Source: Selaginella moellendorffii (taxonomy: Eukaryota; Plantae; Lycopodiophyta). From it: a stretch of 64,000 bases of DNA. The stretch is taken from contig NW_003314261.1 in assembly GCF_000143415.4 (NCBI RefSeq), forward strand, positions 1-64,000, given 5' to 3'. The position numbers and the translations under genes were made by a program. Positions 33,401 through 45,468 of this stretch are shown piece after piece. The notes under the pieces are model-generated. The model saw only the letters and a list, made by a program, of their open reading frames with translations. It was not told the origin of the DNA and searched no databases. Position 1 is the stretch's first letter, and each line of letters opens with the position of its first letter.

Positions 33401-36337
33401 ACCAGGACAAAGAATGGACCAAGATCTCCACCATATCTTGTCATGTCGACAATGTGCACCTCTTGAGGAGTCCTCTTGAGAGTGCTCTCTGGTGTTCATG
33501 ACCATGCAAACTCCTCTAAATGTTGGCAAAATCCTGGGACAAGACACATCATATCTTAGAGTGAAAAGGTGACAGGAGTGTCAACCAGCTGTTGAAGAAC
33601 TGGCTCCAGGATAGGAATAACTGTTGGTGAGATCTCCGGAGGAGAAGAGAGTAGTGATTTGAAGGGGAGCTTACAAGCCACCCTCTGTGTCACTAGGCCT
33701 GATGCTAACGGAGGTTCACTCTCAATCGGCGCTAGGGGATCTGTGGCAGGCTGAGCGGCTGCCTTCTTCTTCACTTGGGCTCAAGTGGCTGTGGTTTGCT
33801 GCTGTTGCCTATAGAGTTCCTCAGCTACCAAAATCATGTTGACTGATGAGGCTGGTGCCTTGCCTTTGCTTGACGAAGGGGCTGCCTCAATTGCTTATCG
33901 CTCCAATTGCTCTTGATATGTCTCAGAACCCAAGATGATGTGGAATTATCAGCAAAGGGACGTTGCTGGACACTTTGGGAAGGTGGAGGCTGAAGCTCTG
34001 GGTGAAGCTTGAAGCAGCGCTGTGTGTTGTGTGTGTTCATCTCGCAGTGAGTGCACCAACAAGACTTAAATCTGCATTCCCGAGCTGTAGTGGCCTCTTT
34101 CCTGGACTCCACCAGCTCCTGGAGCAGTTTGTCTTGGTGTGATTGTTGCTGAAGAATGATCTCCTTCAGCTGCCGCATCTCGTTGGCAAAGTTCTCAATA
34201 GTCAGAGGTGTATGCTCAATAGTGACGGGCTTTGTTGTGGATGGGCGAACAGCTGCACAAGGTGACTCTAACGAGGTGATGGCTTGATCGAAATCAACTC
34301 TAGCAATCCCCAGGTCGACAAGAAGCTCTCTTTCCAGCTTCGAGGCAAACAAAAATGCCTCATGACAAGAGCTAAATGTCTTCTTAAGAAGTTTCCATTG
34401 CAAGTTCCCACATAGACCTGTTGTGAATGCTATGATCCCCTATTGCTCATCTTGGAACACTCTACGATCCCAACACTACTTCCAATATGCTCGAAACCGG
34501 GTGATGTAGTCAGGAATAGACTCGTGAGCACCCTGCTAGAACGAAAAGAGGTCGACAAGTAGCCGATTTGTGATTTACTTCCACGAAACGTTCTCTGAAA
34601 GAAGCAAGCAGTGTTTGGAAGTCTGTCTGGTCCTCTAGAAGGAGAGAATCTGCCCAAGTTGCTGCTTTACCTTTGAGAAACTTTAAGAAGTCGCGGCAGA
34701 TAAGATCATCATCAACGATCATGTTTGTGGTGCAGTAGAAATCAAAGCGACTGATATGTGATGTTAGAAAGATTGTTCCAACACCTGAGAAGGTTGGCAG
34801 ATCACTCCCCCTCTGCAGAACATGAAGTTGAGGTTGAGCTAAAGGTGGCTGCCCCATAGCTCGTAGATCTAAGTCACTGGAATCTGCCGAGGATGAAGAG
34901 GACTTGGCCCGAGAAGGTGCAATGTCGTACCTAAGCTGCCTTTGGATGATAGAAAGTTTACTCCGTACCTTAGGGCCTTGAGGTATGGTAAAAGGGTGCC
35001 AATTTGTCATACGTCTAGTTTATACCGGCATCAAATACCCTAAACACTGCAAATGCCCGGTCAGGGCAACTGGGTTGATAGGAGCAAGAAGACTGTAGGC
35101 TAGTGCTCAAGCTGTTCAAAGTTGCCCAAAATGCTTGTGATGAAGAGAAATAAGGGTCAACATAGAAGGAGATGTAAGCCTCAAGCACACGTAACCATTG
35201 ACCCATAGGGTAATTGCTGAAGTAGCTGCTAGAGTAGCTGCTGGAGTAGCTGGTAACCAGTAACTAGTAACCAGTAGCCAAGGACCTGTAACCAGTAACC
35301 ACCTTTTCTCACTCCTACTCCTGTGCCTGCTCTAACACCAACTCCTATCCCTACGCCTGTTCCCATTGTCCTTGTTCCTACACCAACCTGTTCCTTGAAG
35401 ATTGTTTTGTTCCCAACAAACCTCCAACAAAGTTTAGCCCAAAAGAGATAAATGAGTCCTCTAGTCTCGATCCTTCCCCATTTTGACTGTTGGTGGGCTC
35501 GTTGGAAAGAGCTCAGTCTCGTCTACCCTCTATCACAAGAATTTGGGAAGAAGCCTCCTCAATATTCCCTGAAATCCACGAAGAGGTAGCCCAGAACACC
35601 AATATTGTGGAAAAACATGTGTATATCACTGATGTAGATTGATATTAAGGTGATGTTGGTATTTTTGGAAAGCCTAGGACCAGGAGCACTTCTAGAAACA
35701 AACGGCAGCCAAAACAAAGCCTGGAAGAGCATGAATTCCTGCTACAAAGATGACCCAATCTAGCCGGAGAAGAAAATCCTTTTGCATGCTGCCAATTTGG
35801 CCAAATCTAGCGCCAAGAATCTTCACTACTCATAGATCTAGGCCAGATCTACAAGCCCAAATGCACTATCTTGAGAAATTGGGTTGAGGACCCAGGCGAG
35901 AAAGTGAAAACCCCAAATTGTTCCTCAAACCGAGCCAAGAAAGATTGTATCTCTTCAAATACTGCACGGCTTAATAAGTGCCATACCTTGCTGGAAAGAG
36001 GAGCTCTAGATCTATCCAACACGCCCAAGATCAAACAAAACCGCCACAAGACAAACAAATAATTCCTTCTCAAAGTCTGCGGCCCAAAAGAAAAAGAGAG
36101 AAATGATACCTTAGAAAATGCTACATGTCACGCAGGGTTCACCATTTGTTGGGGGAAGGAAGGGCACCTCCCCCAACGCTTGCTCAAACATGAGAAATGC
36201 TTCAATGCTCTCTACAAAATGCCCCCCCTTGCCCTTGTGAGGCAAGGGTTTTATACAAGGATGATAGGGAATATTCTAAGGACCAGAATATTCCCTCTCT
36301 CTCTCTCTCTCACTCTCTCAATGGCCACGCCCTAACA
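27434..36337 (-). mobile_element. Full-length but degraded Ty3/gypsy retrotransposon; LTRs 27434-27620 and 36147-36337
   Basis: Paired ~190-bp LTRs (TGTTGGGGGAAGG...CCCTAA(C/T)A) flanked by CCAT on both sides; PBS-like TGGTGAACCCTG next to the right LTR. gag with CTHCEMNTHNTQRC, protease, RT (YVDFRDLNKATAKDHFPTP, SFMDAFSGYNQI), RNase H, integrase (WGLDFVGP, IDYFTKWVEA, NGQAESSNK). Confidence 0.93.
32095..32763 (+). mobile_element. TRIM (terminal-repeat retrotransposon in miniature) nested in the gypsy pol region
   Basis: LTRs 32095-32257 and 32602-32763 (~162 bp), PBS TGGTATCAGAGC at 32260-32271, PPT GAAGGGGGGGTGAG before LTR2, TSD ATAAG/ATAAA, no coding capacity. Confidence 0.92.
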
Positions 36338-36951
36338 CCATTATCCTCAACTTTTCCCTCTTCTAGAATTTTTCCATGTAAGAAAGCAATCTTCACATCC
36401 ATTTGCTCCACATAAAGATATGCTACACGAGGTTGGGTAGTTTTTGAGCTGAGCTCAAGTCAATGAAAGTCAACAAAAGTCAAAGGAAATTAATACAATC
36501 CCCTAACTAGCAAAAGTTTAATGGCACTACCTTAGTTCGTCCTGAACCAAGAGTTTTTAACATAAAATCTAGGTGTTTAAGGTATTCCATAAGCTCATGT
36601 AGATTATTGGTTCGACATGAACTAATCTTTTAGTCTACAAAAAAAGGAAATAATATATTAAACAATATAATTTATATTAAAATCAGAATATATTCAATCT
36701 TCTTCTGCTTCCATATCTAGAAAAGTAGAAATGGGTATAGTGGAATGCTCCTTCACTATAGGCTCATGTTGTATGTAATGTTGTGCCATACGTTCAGCAT
36801 AAATAGGTAAGTGGAATTGACTTCAGTCCATATGATCATCCATATCATCAAGATCAAGCGTGTGGACTGAAACACTGTGTGTGATAAGTGTAGACCTAAT
36901 AAAATAGAAACATTTGAGAATAAATATTATAGATTATTTCAAGCACTAACA

Positions 36952-39900
36952 TCACTTGTCGCAAAATCTCCTAAGAATGTCCTTAAAGGCACCCTCCTTC
37001 TCAAGTGCAAAAACAACTCGGCCTGTCTCTTTTGCTGCCTGCACCATTGATCCAAATCCTGCTGTAGCATCAAGCACAATCCCCTTTGGCAGACAGAATA
37101 ACTCCAACAAGATTTGCATGGCCGTGACCGAACAATGTCGATAACCAGGGAATGCTAGGTGAAGAATTTCCAAGTCAATCACATTTGGGATGATGTCTGT
37201 AGAGCTGTCATATCCTGGTAAAGCAAGAGCAGCATGCTTGTCAGCTCGTGTGGCATTACGCCGGTTCCCAATGTGGCATAGAGCATGGTAGTTCCAGGAA
37301 TAAATCTGGAAAAAAAAAATAGAATAGAGTTAATTTATAAATAAAGAAGTCACACACTTTTCACATCTGCCTGCTAGTGCCTTTCGTGTCCACCGCCATA
37401 CTCGAAAGAAGGCAACCAAATGAAAACTCAACAAATCCATCATCGTTGTCAGCCAAGTGTGCGAGAAGGCCTTCCCACATTAGAGAGGGAGGAAGGATCA
37501 TGACAACCACGCCCTCGTATTTCGTGAAGCTGCTCGTAACCTTTAAGGCTTGGGAAATGTGTTGGGCCTACAACACATTCCATGATGGAGTATCCCCCTG
37601 TGGTGGTGCCATCCCATCAGGAAAATCGAAAAAGATGAAATCGATCTTCCCATAAGGTGTGAGCTGACCCAAACCATGGATCCACTGATCAAGCATGTAA
37701 AGCTCCTGACTAATAGCATCTAAAAGCTGTGTGCAATCCCCAATGAGAACAGCAACTTCCCCAACACTGGCCATTCGGGATAGAGGGCAAACCTGAAAAT
37801 CAATTATTAGAACTAAAAGTTGGAGATAAAATTCATGCTTACTAACCTATTTATGCATCACTGCAGAGGAGAGCTCTTCTAGGTCGTCATTTGTAGCCGT
37901 AGGGAGGGATGGGAAGAATGTCTTAGTCTGCCGAAAAAGACTGATGGCTGACTAATAGCATCTAAAAGCTGTGTGCAATCCCCAATGAGAACAGCAACTT
38001 CCCCAACACTGGCCGTTCGGGATAGAGGGTGAACCTAAAAATCAATTATTAGAACTAAAAGTTGGAGATAAAATTCATGCTTACTAACCTATTTATGCAT
38101 CACTGCAGAGGAGAGCTCTTCTAGGTCGTCATCTATAGCCGTAGGGAGGGATGGGAAGAATGTCTTAGTCCGCCGAAAAGACTAATGGCTGCTCTCTGCA
38201 ACATCTATAAAAAAAAAGTGAAGTCAAGAATGAATAAAATAATGTTCCAAATCAAAGTCCTTACTCTTACTCTCATGAAAGGCTTCATGATGGCCCCTTT
38301 GGGGGTTGCGAGGAGCAGGTACTAGAATCTCTTGTGCTGGAATTTCCTGTACAGTTTCCTCTAGTTCAACGGTATTTGGATTTGGCATCTCTTGAATGGT
38401 TTCCTGAGTGTGGACTCCTAGGTTTAGCTGTTGAACTTCAACAACGTCGTTATCACAATTAGAAAGAGCCTTTGGAAAATAAAAATATAACTCAAGGTTA
38501 ATATTTCCTAGTTAAGTGTTGAGTTTCAAGTGAACCTGGATGACATTCAAGGTAGAGATCTAGCTCGAAGTCCGATGTCGACATCTGCTCCACGAGTTCA
38601 AGGTACCACAGGCATAGCTCCCTCTCATGTGTACAAGGACAGTAGAACTCTAGCTCATACATCCCAAGCTTCTTGCCTCTAGTTAGGAGCTTCTGCAAAA
38701 CACCGGTTGTGTAACATTATGTAAGTCGATACATACTTCAATACTAATTTACCTTTGCCTAGACAGCAACTAGAAAATCAAGTGGCAGCTAGTACCAAGT
38801 CTGCAATTCTTGGCCTTTCCTAGCTGCTAGCTTCACTCGAATTGCTTCAAATACCTCACGATTGTACAACGTTTGGACCTCCTCTAGTGACAGCATGCCG
38901 ATAAACCGAAGGTGCTCAATGTCATGTACCAATGTATGAGCTTGAAACGCAAATTGGTTTAGCTTGCAAAAACACAATATTGGCTAAGTTTACAAAAAAT
39001 AAATTCTTACATGTTGATCTTATGGCATGCCATGTTGAGCTTCACAGTGTGCTCCCGAGTCATTGGTTTGACAAGTGTAACTAAAACACTAATGTGTCAT
39101 TCTTCGTCATCTTGAAACTTCTCTTGAATGCACTTCCAAAATGCTAGCCACCTATAGTTTCCATCAATCACCCAAAAGAGCTTTCCAATGAACCCTGCTG
39201 TCTCCACATGTTGTCCTAAGAATCCATCAAACTCACGAGACTTTCGCAACCATATAGGATCCCATTTTTCCTCAAGTTCAGTAGTCACTAACTATGTGCG
39301 GTCGGTTCCAGGGAAAGTTGGTGAAACGATGAAGGTACCAGTTGTGCTTCCAAACCCGACCTCGGCAAAGGAGCTGTAGATAGCTATGTTGATGTCGTAA
39401 GCTGAGCGTACCCAATGGTTTTGAACCAACCGGCACAAAGGAACTAAAAATCAATGAGGGCCATTCCACGCCATTTCCTGTAACACTTTATTGATTGTCT
39501 GTTCTTGAGCTTGGATAATCGTGTCCCGAACACGATCATTCAAGATGGTGTCAGAATCATGTATGCATAATCCCTCACCACTACTAGCTCCCCCTGCACC
39601 ACGAGCCTGAGGAGCAATAGGAGCAGCTACCATGCCCTCAGTAGCCTCTGTAGTAAATCCACTTACAATGCTACCAATAATGTCCTCAGCTGGTTCATCT
39701 ACCTCGCTGCGAGCAGCCTCAGCAACCGAAGGCACAGCACCCCTACCACCACCAACATCAGATGCAAGTACCCCACCACTAGTACCTGCAGCCTCAGGAG
39801 CACCAGTACCAATAGCCTCAATAACACTAACATCGATTTGAGTGTTCATCTCAACATCCACGTCATTGTTATGCTCATTGTTGCCTCCAGCATGACTAGC

Positions 39901-40079
39901 CGAAACTTCATTGGATACTTGAGATGAATCTCCACTCAATCGGCCAAGCCTACAGCGATCAAGGCGGCTGCCTTTTCCTGGAGATCGAGACCATTAAGGC
40001 TGGCCTCAGTGCTTCCTCTAAAATAAAAAGCAAAACTATTATAACATCTAACTTGTAATGTAAAGCAAACCTGTGGCAT
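36952..40079 (-). pseudogene. ParB-like domain + beta-class N6-adenine/N4-cytosine DNA methyltransferase-like domain fusion (multi-exon, disrupted)
   Basis: FLVPLCRL...VR...GTFIVS...W...KLFWVIDGNYRWLAF (ParB IDGxHR-like). Later exons give VLIGDCTQLL...GKIDFIFFDFPDG (motif III-IV, DPPY-like) and ILLELFCLPKGIVLDATAGFGSMVQAAKETGRVVFALEKE (motifs X-I-II). In-frame stops and a 242-bp duplication. Confidence 0.7.
37707..38191. repeat. Tandem duplication, ~242-bp unit, inside the methyltransferase gene
   Basis: ACTAATAGCATCTAAAAGCTGTGTGCAATCCCC... recurs at 37709 and 37951 with few substitutions. Confidence 0.93.
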
Positions 40080-40641
40080 TTTAAGTTCAAGTCCCTTGTT
40101 GGAAGTTTCAGGTAGTCAAGCTTGATTTATATCTGCTCTCACAAGAAAAGTTTGTAAGTAAAAGATGTGAAAAATAGATTGTAAACTACAAGAAATGCAA
40201 AGGAAAAAAACATAAGTCACTGGGAGAGGTTGGTTCGCACGAGAATTGACCTCACCCTACCTCTCGAGAAAACCACACGCAAACCAACCTTTCTGAGCTT
40301 GAGTCTCTCTCACTTGTCACAAAAGAATGAAACTCTCTTGAAGGGAAGAGAGCATGGAGATGAGAGGGAGAACAAACAATCAATGCTACAACTTTTGTGA
40401 TTGACTAGCGCTTCTCACTCATAACCACATTCATTTCAACAATATTATTCCTCTCACAATCAATTATACAATTAATATGGGTGGCTCTTTAAGATTCTCA
40501 TATCTCTCTAGATTCTAAACGGTTGTATATTTTGTTAAAATAATTAAATTGTCCTTTGCAAGGACATAGCTAATTAATGCTCACAATACAGAAGAATATC
40601 TTTGTTCTTTCTTGTCAATTTCTCCCCAAATTTTTTTCTAA

Positions 40642-43600
40642 GTGCTCGAGCAAGGAGAAGATATGAGAGAATTCTATTTGAAGTTTGATCAAGAGCCTCC
40701 AATTGTTTTCTCCAAGAGTGTTATAGGAGAGAGCTTCCTCTGCAGAAGATTCAAGCTGAAGCCAGGATCTGTTAGTTTGGAGAATGTATGTTGGGGTAAG
40801 GGTAATCAGATAGAAAAATCTATTTTTCTCGACAGTGGTGTGGGAGAGAATGGGATTCAATGGGATCTTGATAGATGTACAGGTCAGGAGATTCTAGTTA
40901 CAGGATCTCCAAAACGAGGAGAGGAGAGTGCATCGATTTCACAGCCAACTGTGAAAGGAGTGAAGGATGAAGTTGTTATTCTCTTCAGTGACGAAAGTGA
41001 AGAAGATGAGCTTCCCGACATAGCTGCCCAGACAAGTAGGTGTGTTCCTTCTAGACTAGCTTTTGAAGTGGTGGATAAGGCATTTCGGCAATCTCAATCA
41101 TTACGGTTGGAATTGAAGGAGTTCCAGTACATGAGAGGTGAAGAGTTTCCTTCTTCCTATAATGGGAATATATTCTTCGAGTTTCCACCAGCAAGTTTGT
41201 CAAGTAGGAAAAGGGGTATGGAGACACATCTTGATCCACATAATTGGTGCAGAGTAAAGACGACCCACTTCTCTCATTTCGATGGATCTGTGTCCATAGT
41301 CCATTGTGGTGGACAGCTTCAGTGTGTTGCTGAGAAATGCATTTCTGATCATGGCAAGAATATGTGTTTCTTTGAAGGCTCAACAATCAATCCCTCTAGG
41401 CGTGATGAAGTTGCTACAGGATTTAGATGTCGCAAATGCGGGGCAACACCTGTGTGTCAAGCATGTTGCGATGCGAAAATGTATTATTTTCTTCCATGGG
41501 ATGGATGTTTAGGCAGAGCAGCAGTGCATGTTGGATACCACCAACATGCAATTGAGGAAGGAATCTGCCGTGATTCTTTTTGCAATTTGAAGACTGCTGT
41601 TACTACAGAGGCTGGGAAGAAAAGTGCAGCAACTTCAAAGTGTGTTCAACAGTCTGTACTAAAGGACTATGTGGTGGACATGTTGCTACAATCTGATAGC
41701 AAAAAAGAGTTCACGGAGAATAGCTTGAAGGACCTACTTCGAAATATAGAACCTATGACAAATTTAAACAAGTATAAAATTAACACTTAACTCTACTTTA
41801 TCACTAATAACACTCTTTTTTTTGGTAGAATAAAGAACTGTAGGGACATTTTCTTTTTAGCTCCAAAATCCCATCCAATCCAGATTGAAAGCTTTCCATC
41901 TCGCCCTTCTCGCATCTGAGTTTATTCATGGGAGCTTATTCGTTGGCCAAGTGACTTTGAACAATCAACGCCCTTTCATATTTAAGATGTTTACCCTTGG
42001 TCCTACTTCTGATGTGGACCTTATACAACGAATGAATATGGATGGAGATGGGGATTTGGCTAATTCCTGGATCCATTTTGACCATATGGAATGTGTTTTA
42101 GGCTGGTCAACAATGGGAGCTCATGTTTATGATCACAAGTAAGTGGGTTTTCATTTTTTAAGGATCCATACCGATTTACATTATAACCATTCCTTCTATA
42201 GGCTGCAATGCAATTTAACTATAGCTATAGCCAAATTCAAGGTTCAAGATTTTCAAGCACAAACTGTCTTTTGGACATGTATGTCCGAGGTTGTTGAACA
42301 ATGAACTGGGAAGAAACCCAACTTCTGTGGTTTCATGGTAGATGCAGCTGGTGCTAACTGGTTGGCTATACGACAAGTATTCAGAGGTGATAAAAGTCAG
42401 CCATTACAAGGTAGAGAGAAGAGTTGTGAGTTTCATTGGGCAAAGAGCGTCAATGAACATTGCCAATGCACTTTCTATCACGAGTTCAAGCAGCTTTGTC
42501 GTGAATGGATGGATGCACCAACTAAAAAGGAGCACGAGGCAAAGGCAAATGAAATGTGCATATGGTGGTGTGAAGGAGACAAAGTGCCAATTGAAAACCT
42601 TCCACAAATGGAATGCTGGCTTGCATGGTGGGAAGTCTGAATGTTTCAGTGGGGTCATTATACTCTCCATGTAAGCTTTCTCTCATTTTCTGTCTTGTCA
42701 TATTCAAATATTGCATTTTTTGTAGGATCAACCACTTGATGACATTGCACTTACACCAACAGTTAATCTCTCTGAGAGCAAACAATGGAGTTAGAGAGCT
42801 TTTGAAGCAAGGAAAGGAAAAGTGTCCCTTTATGAAGCTACACTCTCCGACCTCACTAGATCTCTTGAGCAGTCATCAAAAGCTTTGGCTGCACAGGAAG
42901 CAAGGTTTGCTGGTACAGGTCCGAACTTAGACAGGCTTCGAGAGCGGGTTGGTAGAAGGACAACACCAGTAGCAATGTCTAAGATGGTGGAGGAAAATGT
43001 TGCTGAAACTCCTATGAAATCAAGTTATGAACCACTCGGGGACATGAGAACAGCTTGTATGAAGCGTCGACAGACATTTGATGGGCCCAACATCACTCCT
43101 TCTAGCTCTCACTGTCCAGAGTTTGACTACCATTCTGTTCCATGACACCGGAGAAGAACTAAGGAACATGGAGTGGAGGAGGTGCCAATTGTTACGCAAG
43201 TAAATCCAGTGCTAGAGGCTGAGAAGATTATTGCTCGTGAGCCAATTTCTCGTATCAACTGGGTAATTCGAAGAGTCAGTGCCAAGAGTAATGCGCATTG
43301 CTCTAGAATGATTGGGAGTCGAGGTCAGTGTCTTGCATTTGTGCACTCAGGTTCAAGTTCTTCAGCAGTACCATGTTTCTGGGGCTATCGAGATCTAGGG
43401 GTAAAGGGCTGCCAGTCAAGTTGGATTTATTGTTGTGGGACTGATGTTACTCATACAAACCGGATCCACAGCTCAATTATCTTGAAGCCAGATTCTGTGC
43501 CAGAGGAGTGGCCAGTTGAGCGAAGCTGCAATCTTTTAAAAGAAGAGATTGAAAGTCTGGAGAGAGCTGGTTTCAAGCTGAAGACTTCCTCAAATGTTGC

Positions 43601-44012
43601 TATTGATACTGCTATGCCACCAATGTCAACACTAGACCGGCATACATGACTAGCTAGAAATGGGAAGGCTATACAATATAGATCTTCCATTTCAAAAGGT
43701 GCACAAGAGAAGATCAAGCTGGCAAAGGCGTTGAAATGCACAATCACAAGGATAAACTACATCAGTGCCATGGCTAAGGAGTTTGTTGTTGTGACTGAGT
43801 CGTCAAAGGGTATGAGCTACACTGTCAAAATCTGCAAAAATCCATCCTGTACCTGTCCAAATTTTACACAGCGGGAGAATAGGGGAAAGGTATATTTAGC
43901 CTGCAAGCACATCCATTACATTTTTATGCAGGAACTAAACCAAGATCCTAAGATCGACCATCACATCCACTAGGCAAGCCTTACAGTTGCGGAGCTTGAG
44001 AAGTGTTTTTAG
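40642..44012 (+). pseudogene. MULE-type transposase with N-terminal Cys/His (GCM/WRKY-like) domain, catalytic core and C-terminal SWIM zinc finger (disrupted)
   Basis: NWCRVKTT...CGGQLQC...C..CRKCG...AAVHVGYHQH; WIHFDHM...WSTMGAHVYD; FMVDAAGANWLAIRQVF...REKSCEFHWAKS (MULE D and CxxH motifs); YTVKICKNPSCTCPNF...ACKHIHYIF (SWIM). Short introns and several premature stops. Confidence 0.82.
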
Positions 44013-45468
44013 ATTGCTTTTAGTGTTCGGATCTATATTTATATTTGTATTTTATTGGTCGAATTTACTTGGAAATATAGATTAAATCAAAATTTGAAAA
44101 ATGGAAAGATGTCAATTCAAGACGAACCAATGTTTTTCTTATGTTTGAGAAGCCATGAGCTCAGCTCGTGAGCTCATGAGCTCAAAACCTACCTGGGCTC
44201 ATCAGGAACCACATGATCTTCATCCGACAGCTTGGTGTTTTAGACCATTAACTCAATTATAAACACAGCCACACTTTTGTTTGTTTAAGCGAGTTTTGTA
44301 CGAACTCAAGGGTCTTCCCATGCGCTGGCCACCAAAGTGGAGATGTTGCCAAGGCCATCCTGTCCACAATCACCTCTTGTACCACACTGTTTGGTTTTCC
44401 CTCTGTAGATTCTGGAGCTCCAGGTGAGCGGGGCAAGATCTAGAGCCCGAGCGTGCAGACAAGATGGATTTGGCTGTTCCGGCAGAAGAAGCTATGGAGG
44501 TTGATATTTCCTTGGCTCCTCCGGGCTCCTCCACCCTTGAAAGAAGATGGTGCCATTTGTGCACTCTCCAAAGCTCTTGTCCTCACTCCACAGCCTGGCG
44601 AGGTCGTCCCCCCAGCAAACTCCTTGATCCCACAGTACCTGTCAGAGATTGATCGCGCGCTCAAGAGCAAGAGTATGCGACCGCCAGGGAGAAGAACTCG
44701 TCCAAGCAATCGCTGGAGAGCTACGACGCCTTCATGGAGAGGGCGCTCCAGCAACTTTCCGGCTTGAAGAAGGACCACGACGAGTTTGAGGTGATGCTGC
44801 GCATCAGCTAGGGATTCGGACATGTGCCCAAGAAGAACTGGCCCGGCTAGGCAGCCACGTGGCATCTATAGTGGCCGTGTCGCGAATGTGACTTTGGATA
44901 TCAAAAGTTACCTGTCGGCTAGTCCTTACCTTACTGCCACGATGGCAGGAGGTCGGTATTGTTGGACCCTTTATCAGTCCCTCTTGTGCTAGTGGAGTTA
45001 ACTAGGCATTTTGAGTGTACTTAGACTGGACGAGCATAAGGACGGAATTCCTACGTGTTATTAGCTAAGCATACTTAGCCTGGTAAGGAGTTCCCATCTC
45101 GTTTTTTCTTGCACTTGCTAGTGACAAGAACCCTCGCGTATTGAGACTAGTCCCTCAATATCACTACATGATAGCTTACCGTGTTTGCCAAACACCCTCG
45201 CTATCATGCCCTTTGTGTTAGTCTCATTTTGGTCCCAAATGCTATTTATGGAAAGTGTCCAGATTTGCTCATTTGGCATATCTACAGAATGTAGAGATCG
45301 GCCTGAACACAATGGTGTTCGTCCCGTGTCCAAATTCACAATCTAGGGACATTCCATATTTAGTAAGTTTCGAGCTTGTCCCAGAGACTAACTCTTGATA
45401 CTAAGGGAGGCTTGGGGTGAAAGCCCAAAGCGTGTGTTCCTCAAGGGGGGGGGGGGGGGCTATAGGGG

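Larger units (their letters stand above)
36429..44200. mobile_element. Mutator-like (MULE) DNA transposon with two divergent genes and imperfect terminal inverted repeats
   Basis: Left end GAGGTTGGGTAGTTTTTGAGCT versus reverse complement of right end GAGCCCAGGTAGGTTTTGAGCT (17/22 identical), both followed inward by GAGCTC motifs. Encloses the transposase and the ParB-methyltransferase gene. No convincing TSD. Confidence 0.7.

Noticed and set aside
36420-44209. 9-bp target-site duplication for the MULE
   Set aside because: Flanks ATGCTACAC and ATCAGGAAC do not match.
44440-44865. Overlapping short ORFs with coding-like composition
   Set aside because: Frameshifted, no recognisable family; probably an accessory ORF remnant of the LTR element.
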